This document shows positions 26,289 through 39,777 of a stretch of 64,000 bases of DNA, one piece after another. A program made the translations under genes and the position numbers. The notes under the pieces are model-generated. The model saw only the letters and a program-made list of their open reading frames with translations, searched no databases and was not told the DNA's origin. Origin of the DNA: Torpedo marmorata (lineage: Eukaryota); the NCBI GenBank assembly GCA_977017645.1, contig OZ360219.1:87048001-87112000 (forward strand), given 5' to 3'. Position 1 is the first letter of the stretch, and each line of letters opens with the position of its first letter.

Positions 26289-28942
26289 AATTGCTGTATG
26301 CATTTGGTGAGCCTATCACATGAAGAAGACATTTACGATGGATTGAGACTTGCCATTCCAATTACAGACATCTGTTTCCTGAACTGCAGCATTTTCCTGT
26401 GCTTTCAGTGGTAAGTGCTGCCATGTTTAGGTGACAACTGTCTGGCTCCTCAACTGCAAGATGAAGATTTATCCAGATCTGTTAACATCTGAATCATCAG
26501 AGAGTCCAATGAAGTTGCGGCAGGTTAAATTGTGTTTTATTTCCTCCATGGGAATGTCTTTCATTCCAACCTCTCTGTTGATGATTATTTTGCCCTTTGA
26601 TTACACTTTTATTTTAGATTCCATATTTCCAGAGGAAATTGGTACAATTCTTTTTAATTTTGCCCATTGCACTTTCAGTGCAAGACCTGATGTGACTTGT
26701 TCAATACATAGCTGAGTGCTTAAAGTCTCATCGTCTACAGCGTACATGCAGAATTGTGAAGAGACGATTGACTTCATCAAACACCTCAGCATCTTGTGCT
26801 GATTTATGTTTATTAGCACCAAATAATATCAGAAAAGTCTCCAGTCGGTAAATATTTCTGATGGTATACTCCCCATATTTCAGATAATTTTCAACAAATG
26901 GTTTGAAGGTATTTCTCAAAGATTGTCATCTTGTATAGTTTTCACCAAATCTTAGATGCCATTCATGAAATTGTGTTCTCGTATCACTGAGTGAACACGT
27001 GCAGCAGATCTCCAACCGATTCATTTACGGTTGCAAGGGTTTTCCTCCTTTTCCATGACTGCTGGGGATGTGCTGTGTGTGGTCACTATGAAGGTAGTGC
27101 TTCATCATTGTTGGGATCTAAAATATTAAGTGCTACCTGCAGTGGTGTCTTTACTTGTTAAATCGTGATCTGCTATGGAAGTTCACAATTTTTTCTGAGT
27201 TTTATTTTTCCGTGCCAAATATCTAACTGCAATTTTCTTTCTGTGGACAGGAGTGGAAGTTGCCTCATGGTTCTTTGGCACACGTGGGGAGGTCAGACGG
27301 GAAGACAGAGAAGAATTTCATCCATTCTACCCAGACGTGTACAGAATCTTTACCTTTTGAAGTTGTTTGTTATTCCTAATCAATTTGTTCAGATATGCAG
27401 GATATCTTAAACCTGAAGAAGACATGTACGACTGGTTTCAGACTTCCCATTCCGATTACAGACATCTGTTTCCTGAACTGCAGGCTTTTACTGTGCATTC
27501 AGTGGTAAGTGCTGCCATGTTGAGGTGACGACTGTCTGGCTCCTCCACAGCAATGTGAAGATTTGTACACATCTGTTGACAACTAAATCATCAGACAGGG
27601 CAATGAAATGCCAATGGATTAAATTGTGTTTTATTTCTTCCACAGTTGTGGTTTTCTCTCAACCTCCCTGATGATGATTATTTTGCCCTTTGATTATACT
27701 TGCATTTTAGATTCAATTTGTCTGGAGGAAAATGGTACTATGTTTTTTTACTATTTTCCATTGCATTTTCTGTGCAAGTCCTGACATGACTTGTGCAATT
27801 CATATCTGTGTGCTTAAATTCTCTTCAACTTCAGCATCCATGCAGTGTTATGAAGAGAATATTGACTTCCTCAATCATCCTAGCATCTTGTGCAGAGTTA
27901 TGTTTATTAGCAACAAATAATGTCATGAAATGTCTACTTCAGATGAATATTTCTGATGGATTACTAGTTTACAAATCTTGTAGTTGTGCTGTACCTAATG
28001 TTACCTTTTGAAATTGTTCATTTTGCTAAGCATATGTTTGGAATTTCTATATAACTTTGCTGAGCTTTTCACCGGAAGATGATGCTTACAACTGGATTCA
28101 GACTAACCATTCGAAATACAGACATCTGATTACTGAACTGCAGCATTCTCCTGTGCATTCAGTGGTAAGTGCTGCCATGTTTAGGTGACGACTGTCTGTC
28201 TGTCTGTCGACTCAACTACAAGATGAAGATTTGTCCATTAGTTTACAAATCTGTCATCAGGCAGGGCAATTAAATTGTGTTTTATTTCCTCCATGGGAAT
28301 GTCTTTCCAACCTCCACATTGATTATTAACCCTTTGATTAAACTTGAATTTTAGACTAAATTACATTGGATAAAATTGGTGGAGAGATTTTAAAATTTTA
28401 CCCATTGCATTTTCTGTGCAAGACCTGACGTGAGTTGTGCAATACATTTCTGAATGCTTAAAGTCTGTTCATCTTCATTATCCATGCAGAATTGTGAAGA
28501 GATGATTGACTTCCTCAAACATCTCAGCATCTCGTGCTGATTTATGTTTATTAGCACCAAATAATATCAGAATTGGCAATATCGGTAAACGTTTTGGATG
28601 GTAAACCCCCATATTTGCTGATAATTTTCAACAAATAGTCAGAAAGCATTTCTCAAAGATTGTCATCTTGTGTAGTTTTCACCAAATCTTCAATGCCATT
28701 CATGAAATGCTGTTCTCGTGTCACTGAGTGATCACGTGCAGCAGCTCTCCTTCTAATTCATTTCCTGTTGCAAGGGTTTTCCTCCTTTTCCATGACTGCA
28801 GGGATGAAGGTAGTGCTTCATCATTGTTGGGAACAAAAATATTAAGCGCTACCTGCAGTGGGGTCTTTACTTGTTAAATAGCGATCTGCTAGAGAAGTTG
28901 ACCATTTTTTCTGAGTTTTATTTTTGCTTGTCAAATATTTTA

Positions 28943-29178
28943 GCCTGAATATGACTGGGATTGTCTGATCTCAGAAGCTAAGCAGGCACAGGACTGGTCA
29001 GTACTTGGAGGGGAGACTGCCAAGTAACACCAGGTGCTGTAGGTTTCTGTGAGGGGCGCTGGACAAAATAGTGACCCTCTGTCTGCCTTACGGTAGACAG
29101 AAATTACAGAATTTCATGTATGTTACATTCTAAATGTAGTATTACGTGACAATAATGGAACCTTTACCTTTACCTTTA
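28943..29178 (+). mobile_element. 5S rRNA-derived SINE (SINE3), slightly 5'-truncated
   Basis: GTCTGATCTCAGAAGCTAAGCAGG...CTGGTCAGTACTTGGAGGGGAGACTGCC...GGTGCTGTAGG aligns to vertebrate 5S rRNA (A, IE and C boxes). It is followed by a ~130-nt non-5S tail and (CCTTTA)3. TTTA TSD; empty site at about 37825. Confidence 0.9.
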
Positions 29179-32100
29179 ACTGCAAATAATTTTTCTGTGG
29201 ACAGGAGTGGAAGTTGCCTCATGGTTCTTTGGCACACATGGTGAAGTCAGAAGGGAAGAGAGAAGAATTTCATCCATTCTACCCACACGGGTACAGAAAC
29301 TTTACCTTTTGAAGATTTTCATTATTCCTAATGAATTTGTTCAGATATGCAGGATATTATTGGTGACCATTTCACCTGAAGAAGTCGTGTACGACTGGTT
29401 TCTGACATCCCATTCTAATTACAGACATCTGTTTCCTGAACTGCAGCATTTTCCTGTGCTTTCAGTGGTAAGTGTTGCCATGTTTAGGTGACGACTGTCT
29501 GGCTCATCAACTGCAAGATGAAGATTTGACCACATCTGTTTACAACTGAGTCAACAGGCATGGCAATAAAATTGTAATGGATTAAATTGTGTTTTATTTC
29601 TTCCATGGGAATGTCTTTCTTTCCAAAATCTCTGTTGATGATTATTTTCCCCTTTGATTACACTTGAATTTTAGATTCAGAAGGCAATTGTCAAAGATTG
29701 TCATCTTGTATATGAATGCCATCAGACTGGAAGACAGACAAATATTTCATTCATTATTCCTACGCTGGAACAGAAACTTTACTTTTTGAAGGTGTTCATC
29801 ATTCCTAATAAATTTGTTCAGATATACAGGATATCTTTGGTGATCCTTTCATTTGAAGAACACATGTACAACTGGGTTCAGACATACCATTCCAATTACA
29901 GACATCTGTTTCCTGAACTGCAGCATTTTCCTGTGTATTCAGTGGTAACTGTTGCCATGTTTAGGTGATGACTCTGGCTCCTCAACTGCAAGATGAAGAA
30001 TTGTCAACATCTGTTTACAACTAAGTCATCAGGCAGGGCCTATCACCTGAAGAATAAGTTTGCGACTGGGTTTAGACTTGCTATTCCATTCACAGATTCT
30101 GTTTTATTTTTCCATGGGAATATCTTTCTTTCCAACCTCTCAGTTGATGATTATTTTGCCCTTTCATTACACTTGAATTTTAGATTCAAGTTGACTGGAG
30201 GAAATTGGTAAGATTTTTTTATTTTTCCCATTGCATTTTCAGTGCCAGACCTGATGTGACTTGTTCAATACATAGCTGAGTGCTTAAAGTCTCGTCGTCT
30301 ACAGCGTACATGCAGAATTGTGAAGAGACGATTGACTTCATCAAACACCTCAGCATCTTGTGCTGATTTATGTTTATTAGCACCAAATAATATCAGAAAA
30401 GTCTCCAGTCGGTAAATATTTCTGATGGTATACTCCCCATATTTCAGATAATTTTCAACAAATGGTTTGAAGGCATTTCTCAAAGATTGTCATCTTGTAT
30501 AGTTTTCACCAAATCTTAGATGCCATTCTTGAAATTGTTTTCTCGTATCACTGAGTGAACACGTGCAGCATATCTCCAACCAATTCATTTCCTGTTGCAA
30601 GGGTTTTCCTCCTTTTCCATGACTGCTGGGGATGTGCTGTGTGTGGTCACTATGAAGGTAGTGCTTCAACATTGTTGGTATCTAAAATATTAAGTGCTAC
30701 CTGCAGTGGTGTCTTTACTTGCTAAATCGTGTTCTGCTATGGAAGTTCACAATTTTTTCTGAGTTTTATTTTTCCGTGCCAAATATCTAACTGCAATTTT
30801 CTCTCTGTGGACAGGAGTGGAAGTTGCCTCATGGTTCTTTGGCACACATGGAGAGGTCAGACGGGAAGACAGAAGAATTTCATCCATTCTACCCAGACGT
30901 GTACAGAAACTACCTTTTGAAGATGTTTGTTATTCCGAATCAATTTGTTCAGATATGCAGGATATCTTAAACCTGAAGAAGACATGTACGACTGGTTTCA
31001 GACTTCCCATTCCGATTACAGACATCTGTTTCCTGAACTGCAGCATTTTCCAGTTTTGTCAGTGGTAAGTGCTGCCATGTTGAGGTGACGACTGTCTGGC
31101 TCCTCAACTGCAAGGTGAAGATTTGTCTATATCTGTTGACAACTGAATCATTAGACAGGGCAATGAAATGCCAATGGATTAAATTGTGTTTTATTTCTTC
31201 CACAGTTGTGGTTTTCTCTCAACCTCCCTGATGATGATTATTTTGCCCTTTGATTATACTTGCATTTTAGATTCTATTTGTCTGGAGGAAAATGGTACGA
31301 TTTTTTTTACTATTATCCATTGCATTTTCTGTGCAAGTCCTGACATGACTTGTGCAATTCATATCTGTGCTTAAGTTCTCTTCAACTTCAGCATCCATGC
31401 AGTGTTATGAAGAGAACATTGACTTCCTCAATCATCCCAACATCTTGTGCAGAGTTATGTTTATTAGCAACAAATAATGTCATGAAATGTCTACTTCAGA
31501 TGAACATTTCTGATGGATTACTAGTTTACAAATCTTGTAGTTGTACTGTACCTAATGTTACCTTTTGAAATTGTTCATTTTGCTAAGCATATGTTTGGAA
31601 TTTCTATATAACTTTGCTGAGCTTTTCACCGGAAGATGATGTTTACAACTGGATTCAGACTAACCATTCGAAATACAGACATCTGATTACTGAACTGCAG
31701 CATTCTCCTGTGCATTCAGTGGTAAGTGCTGCCATGTTTAGGTGACGACTGTCTGTCTGTCTGTCTGTCTGTCTCCTCAACTACAAGATGAAGATTTGTC
31801 CATATCTGTTTACAAATCTGTCATCAGGCAGGGCAATTAAATTGTGTTTTATTTCCTCCATGCGAATGTCCTTCTTTCCGACCTCCACCTTGATTATTCA
31901 CCCTTTGATTAAACTTGAATTTTAGACTAAATTTCATTGGATAAAATTGGTGGAGAGATTTTTAAATTTTACCCATTGCATTTTCTGTGCAAGACCTGAC
32001 GTGAGTTGTGCAATACATTTCTGAATGCTTAAAGTCTGTTCATCTTCATTATCCATGCAGAATTGTGAAGAGACGATTGACTTCCTCAAACATCTCAGCA

Positions 32101-32514
32101 TCTTGTGCTGATTTATGTTTATTAGCACCAAATAATATCAGAATTGGCTACTATCGGTAAACATTTCGGATGGTAAACTCCCCATATTTGCTGATAATTT
32201 TCAACAAATAGTCAGAAAGCATTTCTCAAAGATTGTCATCTTGTATAGTTTTCACCAAATCTTCAATGCCATTCATGAAATGATGTACTCGTGTCACTGA
32301 GTGATCACGTGCAGCAGCTCTCCTTCTAATTCATTTCCTGTTGCAAGGGTTTTCCTCCTTTTCCATGACTGCAGGGATGAAGGTAGTGCTTCATCATTGT
32401 TGGGAACAAAAATATTAAGTGCTACCTGCAGTGGGGTCTTTACTTCTTAATAGTGATCTGCTAGAGAAGTTGACCATTTTTTCTGAGTTTTATTTTTGCT
32501 TGTCAAATATTTTA

Positions 32515-32756
32515 GCCTGAATATGACTGGGATTGTCTGATCTCAGAAGCAAAGCAGGCATAGGACTGGTCAGTACTTGGAGGGGAGACTGCCAAGTAAC
32601 ACCAGTTGCTGTAGGTTTCTGTGAGGGGCGCTGGAAAAAATAGTGACCCTCTGTCTGCCTTACGGTAGACAGAAATTACAGAATTTCATGTATGTTACAT
32701 TCTAAATGTAGTATTACGTGACAATAATGGAACCTTTACCTTTACCTTTACCTTTA
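32515..32756 (+). mobile_element. 5S rRNA-derived SINE3, duplicated copy
   Basis: Near-identical to 28943-29178, with a (CCTTTA)4 tail and the same flanks. Confidence 0.9.
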
Positions 32757-35700
32757 ACTGCAAATAATTTTTCTGTGGACAGGAGTGGAAGTTGCCTCAT
32801 GGTTCTTTGGCACACTTGGAGAAGTCAGAAGAGAAGAGAGAAGAATTCCATTCATTCTACCCACACGGGTACAGAAACTTTACCTTTTGAAGATCTTCAT
32901 TATTCCTAATGAATTTGTTCAGAAATGCAGGATATTATTGGTGACCATTTCACCTGAAGAAGTCGTGTACGACTGGTTTCTGACATCCCATTCTAATTAC
33001 AGACATCTGTTTCCTGAACTGCAGCATTTTGCTGTGCTTTCAGTGGTAAGTGTTGCCATGTTTAGGTGACGACTGTCTGGCTCATCAACTGCAAGATGAA
33101 GATTTGTCCACATCTGTTTACAACTGAGTCAACAGGCAGGGCAATAAAATTGTAATGGATTAAATTGTGTTTTATTTCTTCCATGGGAATGTCTTTCTTT
33201 CCAAAATCTTTGTTGATGATTATTTTCCCCTTTGATTACACTTGAATTTTATATTCAGAAGGCAATTGTCAAAGATTGTCATCTTGTATACTTATGAATG
33301 CCATCAGACTGGAGGACAGACAAATATTTCATTCATTATTCCTACGCTGGAACAGAAACTTTACTTTTTGAAGGTGTTCATCATTCCTAATAAATTTGTT
33401 CAGATATACAGGATATCTTTGGTGATCCTTTCATTTGAAGAACACATGTACAACTGGGTTCAGACATACCATTCCAATTACAGACATCTGTTTCCTGAAC
33501 TGCAGCATTTTCCTGTGTATTCAGTGGTAACTGTTGCCATGTTTAGGTGATGACTCTCTGGCTCCTCAACTGCAAGATGAAGAATTGTCGACATCTGTTT
33601 ACAACTAAGTCATCAGGCAGGGCCTATCACCTGAAGAATAAGTTAGCGACTGGGTTTAGACTTGCTATTCCATTTACAGATTCTGTTTTATTTTTCCATG
33701 GGAATGTCTTTCTTTCCAACCTCTCAGTTGATGATTATTTTGCCCTTTGATTACACTTGAATTTTAGATTCAAGTTGACTGGAGGAAATTGGTAAGATTT
33801 TTTTATTTTTCCCATTGCATTTTCAGTGCCAGACCTGATGTGACTTGTTAAATACATAGCTGAGTGCTTAAAGTCTCATCGTCTACAGCGTACATGCAGA
33901 ATTGTGAAGAGACGATTGACTTCATCAAACACCTCAGCATCTTGTGCTGATTTATGTTTATTAGCACCAAATAATATCAGAAAAGTCTCCAGTCGGTAAA
34001 TATTTCTGATGGTATACTCCCCATATTTCAGATAATTTTCAACAAATGGTTTGAAGGCATTTCTCAAAGATTGTCATCTTGTATAGTTTTCACCAAATCT
34101 TAGATGCCATTCATGAAATTGTGTTCTCGTATCACTGAGTGAACACGTGCAGCAGATCTCCAACCAATTCATTTCCTGTTGCAAGGGTTTTCCTCCTTTT
34201 CCATGACTGCTGGGGATGTGCTGTGTGTGGTCACTATGAAGGTAGTGCTTCATCATTGTTGGGATCTAAAATATTAAGTGCTACCTGCAGTGGTGTCTTT
34301 ACTTGCTAAATCGTGATCTGCTATGTAAGTTCACAATTTTTTCTGAGTTTTATTTTTCCGTGCCAAATATCTAACTGCAATTTTCTCTCTGTGGACAGGA
34401 GTGGAAGTTGCCTCATGGTTCTTTGGCACACATGGAGAGGTCAGACGGGAAGACAAAAGAATTTCATCCATTCTACCCAGACGTGTTCAGAAACTTTACC
34501 TTTTGAAGATGTTTGTTATTCCGAATCAATTTGTTCAGATATGCAGGATATCTTAAACCTGAAGAAGACATGTACGACTGGTTTCAGACTTCCCATTCCG
34601 ATTACAGACATCTGTTTCCTGAACTGCAGCATTTTCCTGTGCTTTCAGTGGTAAGTGCTGCCATGTTGAGTTGACTACTGTCTGGCTCCTCCACAGCAAG
34701 GTGAAGATTTGTGCACATCTGTTGACAACTGAATCATCAGACAGGGCAATGAAATGCCAATGGATTAAATTGTGTTTTATTTCTTCCACAGGTGTGGTTT
34801 TCTCTCAACCTCCCTGATGATGATTATTTTGCCCTTTGATTATACTTGCATTTTAGATTCAATTTATCTGGAGGAAATTGGTACGATGTTTTTTTACTAT
34901 TTTCCATTGCTTTTTCTGTGCAAGTCCTGACATGACTTGTGCAATTCATATCTGTGCTTAAATTCTCTTCAACTTCAGCATCCATGCAGTGTTATGAAGA
35001 GAACATTGACTTCCTCAATCATCCCAGCATCTTGTGCAGAGTTATGTTTATTAGCAACAAATAATGTCATGAAATGTCTACTTCAGATGAACATTTCTGA
35101 TGGATTACTAGTTTACAAATCTTGTAGTTGTGCTGTACCTAACGTTATCTTTTGAAATTGTTCATTTTGCTAAGCATATGTTTGGAATTTCTATATAACT
35201 TTGCTGAGCTTTTCACCGGAAGATGATGTTTACAACTGGATTCAGACTAACCATTCGAAATACAAACATCTGATTACCGAACTGCAGCATTCTCCTGTGC
35301 ATTTAGTGGTAGGTGCTGCCATGTTCAGGTGACGACTGTCTGTCTGTCGACTCAACTACAAGATGAAGATTTGTCCATTAGTTTACAAATCTGTCATCAG
35401 GCAGGGCAATTAAATTGTGTTTTATTTCCTCCATGGGAATGTCTTTCATTCCAACCACTCTGTTGATGATTATTTTGCCCTTTGATTACACTTTTATTTT
35501 AGATTCCATATTTCCAGAGGAAACAATTCTTTTTAATTTTGTCCATTGCACTTTCTGTGCAAGACCTGACATGACTTGTGCAATTCATATCTGAGTGCTA
35601 AAAGTCTCGTCGTCTACAGCGTACATGCAGAATTGTGAAGAGACGATTGACTTCATCAAACACCTCAGCATCTTGTGCTGATTTATGTTTATTAGAACCA

Positions 35701-38501
35701 AATAATGTCAGAAAAGTCTTCAGTCGGTAAATATTTCTGATGGTATACTCCCCATATTTGCAGATAATTTTCAACAAATGGTTTGAAGTCATTTCTCAAA
35801 GATTGTCATCTTGTATAGTTTTCACCAAATCTTAGATGCCATTCATGAAATTGTGTTCTCGTATCACTGAGTGATCACGTGCAACAGATCTCCAACCAAT
35901 TCATTTCCTGTTGCAAGGGTTTTCCTCCTTTTCCATGACTGCTGTGGATGTGCTGTGTGTGGTCACTATGAACATAGTGCTTCATCATCGTTGGGATCAA
36001 AAATATTAAGTGCGACCTGCAGTGGTGTCTTTACTTGCTAAATCGTGATCTGCTATGGAAGTTCACAATTTTTTCTGAGTTTTATTTTTCCGTGCCAAAT
36101 ATCTTTAACTGCAATTTTTTTTCTGTGGACAGGAGTGGAAGTTGCCTCATGGTTCTTTGGCACACATGGAGAGGTCAGACGGGAAGACAGAGAAGAATTT
36201 CATTCATTCTACCCAGACGTGTGCAGAAACTTTACCTTTTGAAGATGTTTGTTATTCCGAATCAATTTGTTCAGATATGCAGGATATCTTAAACCTGAAG
36301 AAGACATGTACGACTGGTTTCAGACTTCCCATTCCGATTACAAACATCTGTTTCCTGAACTGCAGCATTTTCCTGTGCTTTCAGTGGTAAGTGCTGCCAT
36401 GTTGAGGTGACGACCGTCTGGCTCCTCAACTGCAAGGTGAAGATTTGTCTACATCTGTTGACAACTGAATCATCAGACAGGGCAATGAAATGCCAATGGA
36501 TTAAATTGTGTTTTATTTCTTCCACTGGTGTGTTTTTCTCTCAACCTCCCTGATGATGATTATTTTGCCCTTTGATTATACTTGCATTTTAGATTCAATT
36601 TATCTGGAGGAAAATGGTACTATGTTTTTTTACTATTTTCCATTGCATTTTCTGTGCAAGTCCTGACATGACTTGTGCAATTCATATTTGTGTGCTTAAA
36701 TTCTCTTCAACTTCAGCATCCATGCAGTGTTATGAAGAGAATATTGACTTCCTCAATCATCCCAGCATCTTGTGCAGTTATGTTTATTAGCAACAAATAA
36801 TGTCATGAAATGTCTACTTCAGATGAACATTTCTGATGGATTACTAGTTTGCAATTCTTGTAGTTGTGCTGTACCTAATGTTACTTTTTGCAATTGTTCA
36901 TTTTGCTAAGCATATGTTTGGAATATCTATATAACTTTGCTGAGCTTTTCACCGGAAGATGATGTTTACAACTGGTTTCAGACTAACCATTCGAAATACA
37001 GACATCTGATTACTGAACTGCAGCATTCTCCTGTGCATTCAGTGGTAAGTGCTGCCATGTTTAGGTGACGACTGTCTGTCTGTCTGTCGACTCAACTACA
37101 AGATGAAGATTTGTCCATTAGTTTACAAATCTGTCATCAGGCAGGGCAATTAAATTGTGTTTTATTTCCTCCATGGGAATATCTTTCTTTCCAACCTCCA
37201 CCTTGATTATTCACCCTTCGATTAAACTTGAATTTTAGACTAAATTTCATTGGATAAAATTGGTGGAGAGATTTTTAAATTTTACCCATTGCATTTTCTG
37301 TGCAAGACCTGACGTGAGTTGTGCAATACATTTCTGAATGCTTAAAGTCTGTTCATCTTCAGTATCCATGCAGAATTGTGAAGAGACGATTGACTTCCTC
37401 AAACATCTCAGCATCTCTTGCTGATTTATGTTTATTAGCACCAAATAATATCAGAATTGGCTACTATCGGTAAACATTTCGGATGGTATACTCCCCATAT
37501 TGGCTGACTATTTTCAACAAATAGTCAGAAAGCATTTCTCAAAGATTGTCATCTTGTATAGTTTTCACCAAATCTTCAATGCCATTCATGAAATGATGTT
37601 CTCGTGTCACTGAGTGATCACGTGCAGCAGCTCTCCTTCGAATTCATTTCCTGTTGCAAGGGTTTTCCTCCTTTTCCATGACTGCAGGGATGAAGGTAGT
37701 GCTTCATCATTGTTGGGAACAAAAATATTAAGCGCTACCTGCAGTGGGGTCTTTACTTGTTAAATAGTGATCTGCTAGAGAAGTTCACAATTTTTTCTGA
37801 GTTTCATTTTTGATTGTCAAATATTTAACTGCAAATAATTTTTCTGTGGACAGGAGTGGAAGTTGCCTCATGGTTCTTTGGCACACATGGAGAAGTCAGA
37901 AGGGAAGACAGACAAGAATTTCATCCATTCTACCCACACGGGTACAGAAACTTTACATTTTGAAGTTCTTCATTATTCCTAATGAATTTGTTCAGATATG
38001 CAGGATATTATTGGTGACCATTTCACCTGAAGAAGTCGTGTACGACTGGTTTCTGACATCCCATTCTAATTACAGACATCTATTTCCTGAACTGCAGCAT
38101 TTTCCTGTGCTTTCAGTGGTAATTGTTGCCATGTTTAGGTGATGACTGTCTGGCTCCTCAACTGCAAGATGAAGATTTGACCACATCTGTTTACAACTGA
38201 GTCAACAGGCAGGGCAATAAAATTGTAATGGATTAAATGCTGTTTTATTTCTTCCATGGGAATGTCATTCTTTCCAAATCTCTGTTGCTGATTATTTTGC
38301 CCTTTGATTACACTTGAATTTTCGATTCAGAAGGCAATTGTCAAAGATTGTCATCTTGTATACTTATAAATGCCATCAGACTGGAGGACAGACAAATATT
38401 TCATTCATTCTTCCTACGCAGGTACAGAAACGACCTTTTGAAGGTGTTCATCAATCCTAACAAATTTGTTCAGACACTCAGGATATCTTTGGTGAGCCTT
38501 T

Positions 38502-39777
38502 CATAGAACCATAGAACCATGGAACATTACAGCACTGATACAACCCCTTCAGCCCTTGAAGTCTGCGCCAACCCCTTTTTTTTGCCTATTTCTAATGTCC
38601 TGCACCCAGTCCATAACCCTCCATACCCCTCCCATCCACGTACCTGTCCAAATTCTTCTTAAATGGTCAAATTGAGCCCGCATTCTCCACTTCAGCTGGC
38701 AACTCGTTTCACACACCCACCTCCCTGCGTGAAGAAGTTCCCCCTCATGTTCCCCGTAAACTTTTACCCTTTCACTCTTAACCCATGTCCTCTGCTTTTG
38801 TATCTCGCATCCCTTCTGTCTATCCCTCTCATAATTTTAAATACCTCTATCAAATCTTCTCTCATTCTTTTACACTGCAGGGAATAAAGTCCTAACCTTT
38901 TTAACCTTTCCCTGTAACTCAGTTCCTGAAGTCTGGACAACATCCTTGTAAATCTTCTCTGCAATCTTTCTATCTGATTGATATCTTTCTTGTAGTTAGG
39001 TGACCAAAACTGCACACAATACTCCAAATTTGGCCTCACCAATGTATTATACAACTTTACCATAACTCCTATACTCAATACATTGATTTATGAAGGCTAA
39101 TATGCCAAAAGCTCTCTTTACAAACCTATCCACCTGTGACGCCACTTTCAGGGAATTATGTTTCATTATTCCCAGATCCCTCTGTTCTACCGCACTCTGC
39201 TTCCAAAATGCCACATCTCATAGTTGTCTGCATTAAATTCCATCTGCCATTTACCAGTCCATTTTTCCAGCTAGTCCAGATCCCTCTGCAAGCTTGGAAA
39301 ACATACCTCGCTGTCCATGATGCCTCCAATCTTAAATTTAAATTTAAATTTAGACATACAGCACAGTAACAGGCCATTTCGTCCCATGAGCCAGTGCCGC
39401 CTAATTACATCCAATTAACCTTCAGTTCCGGTACGTTTTGAAGGATGGGAGGAAACCAGAGCCGCTGGGGGAAACCCACACAGTCACGGGGAGAATGTAC
39501 AAACTCCTTACAGACAACAGGGGATTCAAACCCTGGTCCCGATCGCTGGCGTTGTAACAGCGTTGCGTTAACCGCTACGCTAAACGTGCCACCCTAGAGT
39601 CATCTGAAAACTTGCTTATCCAACTTACCACATTATCATCCAGATCATTGATATAGATGACAAGTAATAATGGTCCCTGCACCGATCCCTGAGGCACACC
39701 ACTAGTCACAGGCCTCCAGTCTGAGAAGCAATTATCCACCACTACTCTCTGTCTTCTCTCCTCCAGCCATAGTTGAA
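38502..39777 (-). mobile_element. 5'-truncated CR1-clade LINE
   Basis: Minus-strand TSGASGIGAG (frameshifted SGVPQGSVLGP), LVRPNLEYCVQFWSP...LQRRFTRML, KSRGHGLRVKG. Tail is (CATAGAAC)n on the + strand. Splits a satellite exon-like unit. Confidence 0.9.
39333..39594 (-). mobile_element. V-SINE nested in CR1
   Basis: Reverse-complement SINE with a (TAAATT)n tail, interrupting the KFADDTK-coding region of the LINE. Confidence 0.9.

Larger units (their letters stand above)
26680..35440 (+). repeat. ~3.57-kb higher-order repeat, about 2.4 copies
   Basis: Core offsets of 3557-3587 bp (27505/31065/34651; 28165/31722/35309; 29468/33046). The 5S-SINE is duplicated with it. Confidence 0.85.

Noticed and set aside
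28943-29045. Functional 5S rRNA gene (also 32515-32620)
   Set aside because: 5'-truncated and diverged, fused to a LINE-type tail with a microsatellite end, and an empty site exists: this is a SINE3.
13357-36525. Tandem family of small protein genes (repeated 60-110 aa ORFs)
   Set aside because: The ORFs recur only because the DNA is repeated. Many start at non-ATG codons, overlap in several frames on both strands, and shift frame between copies.
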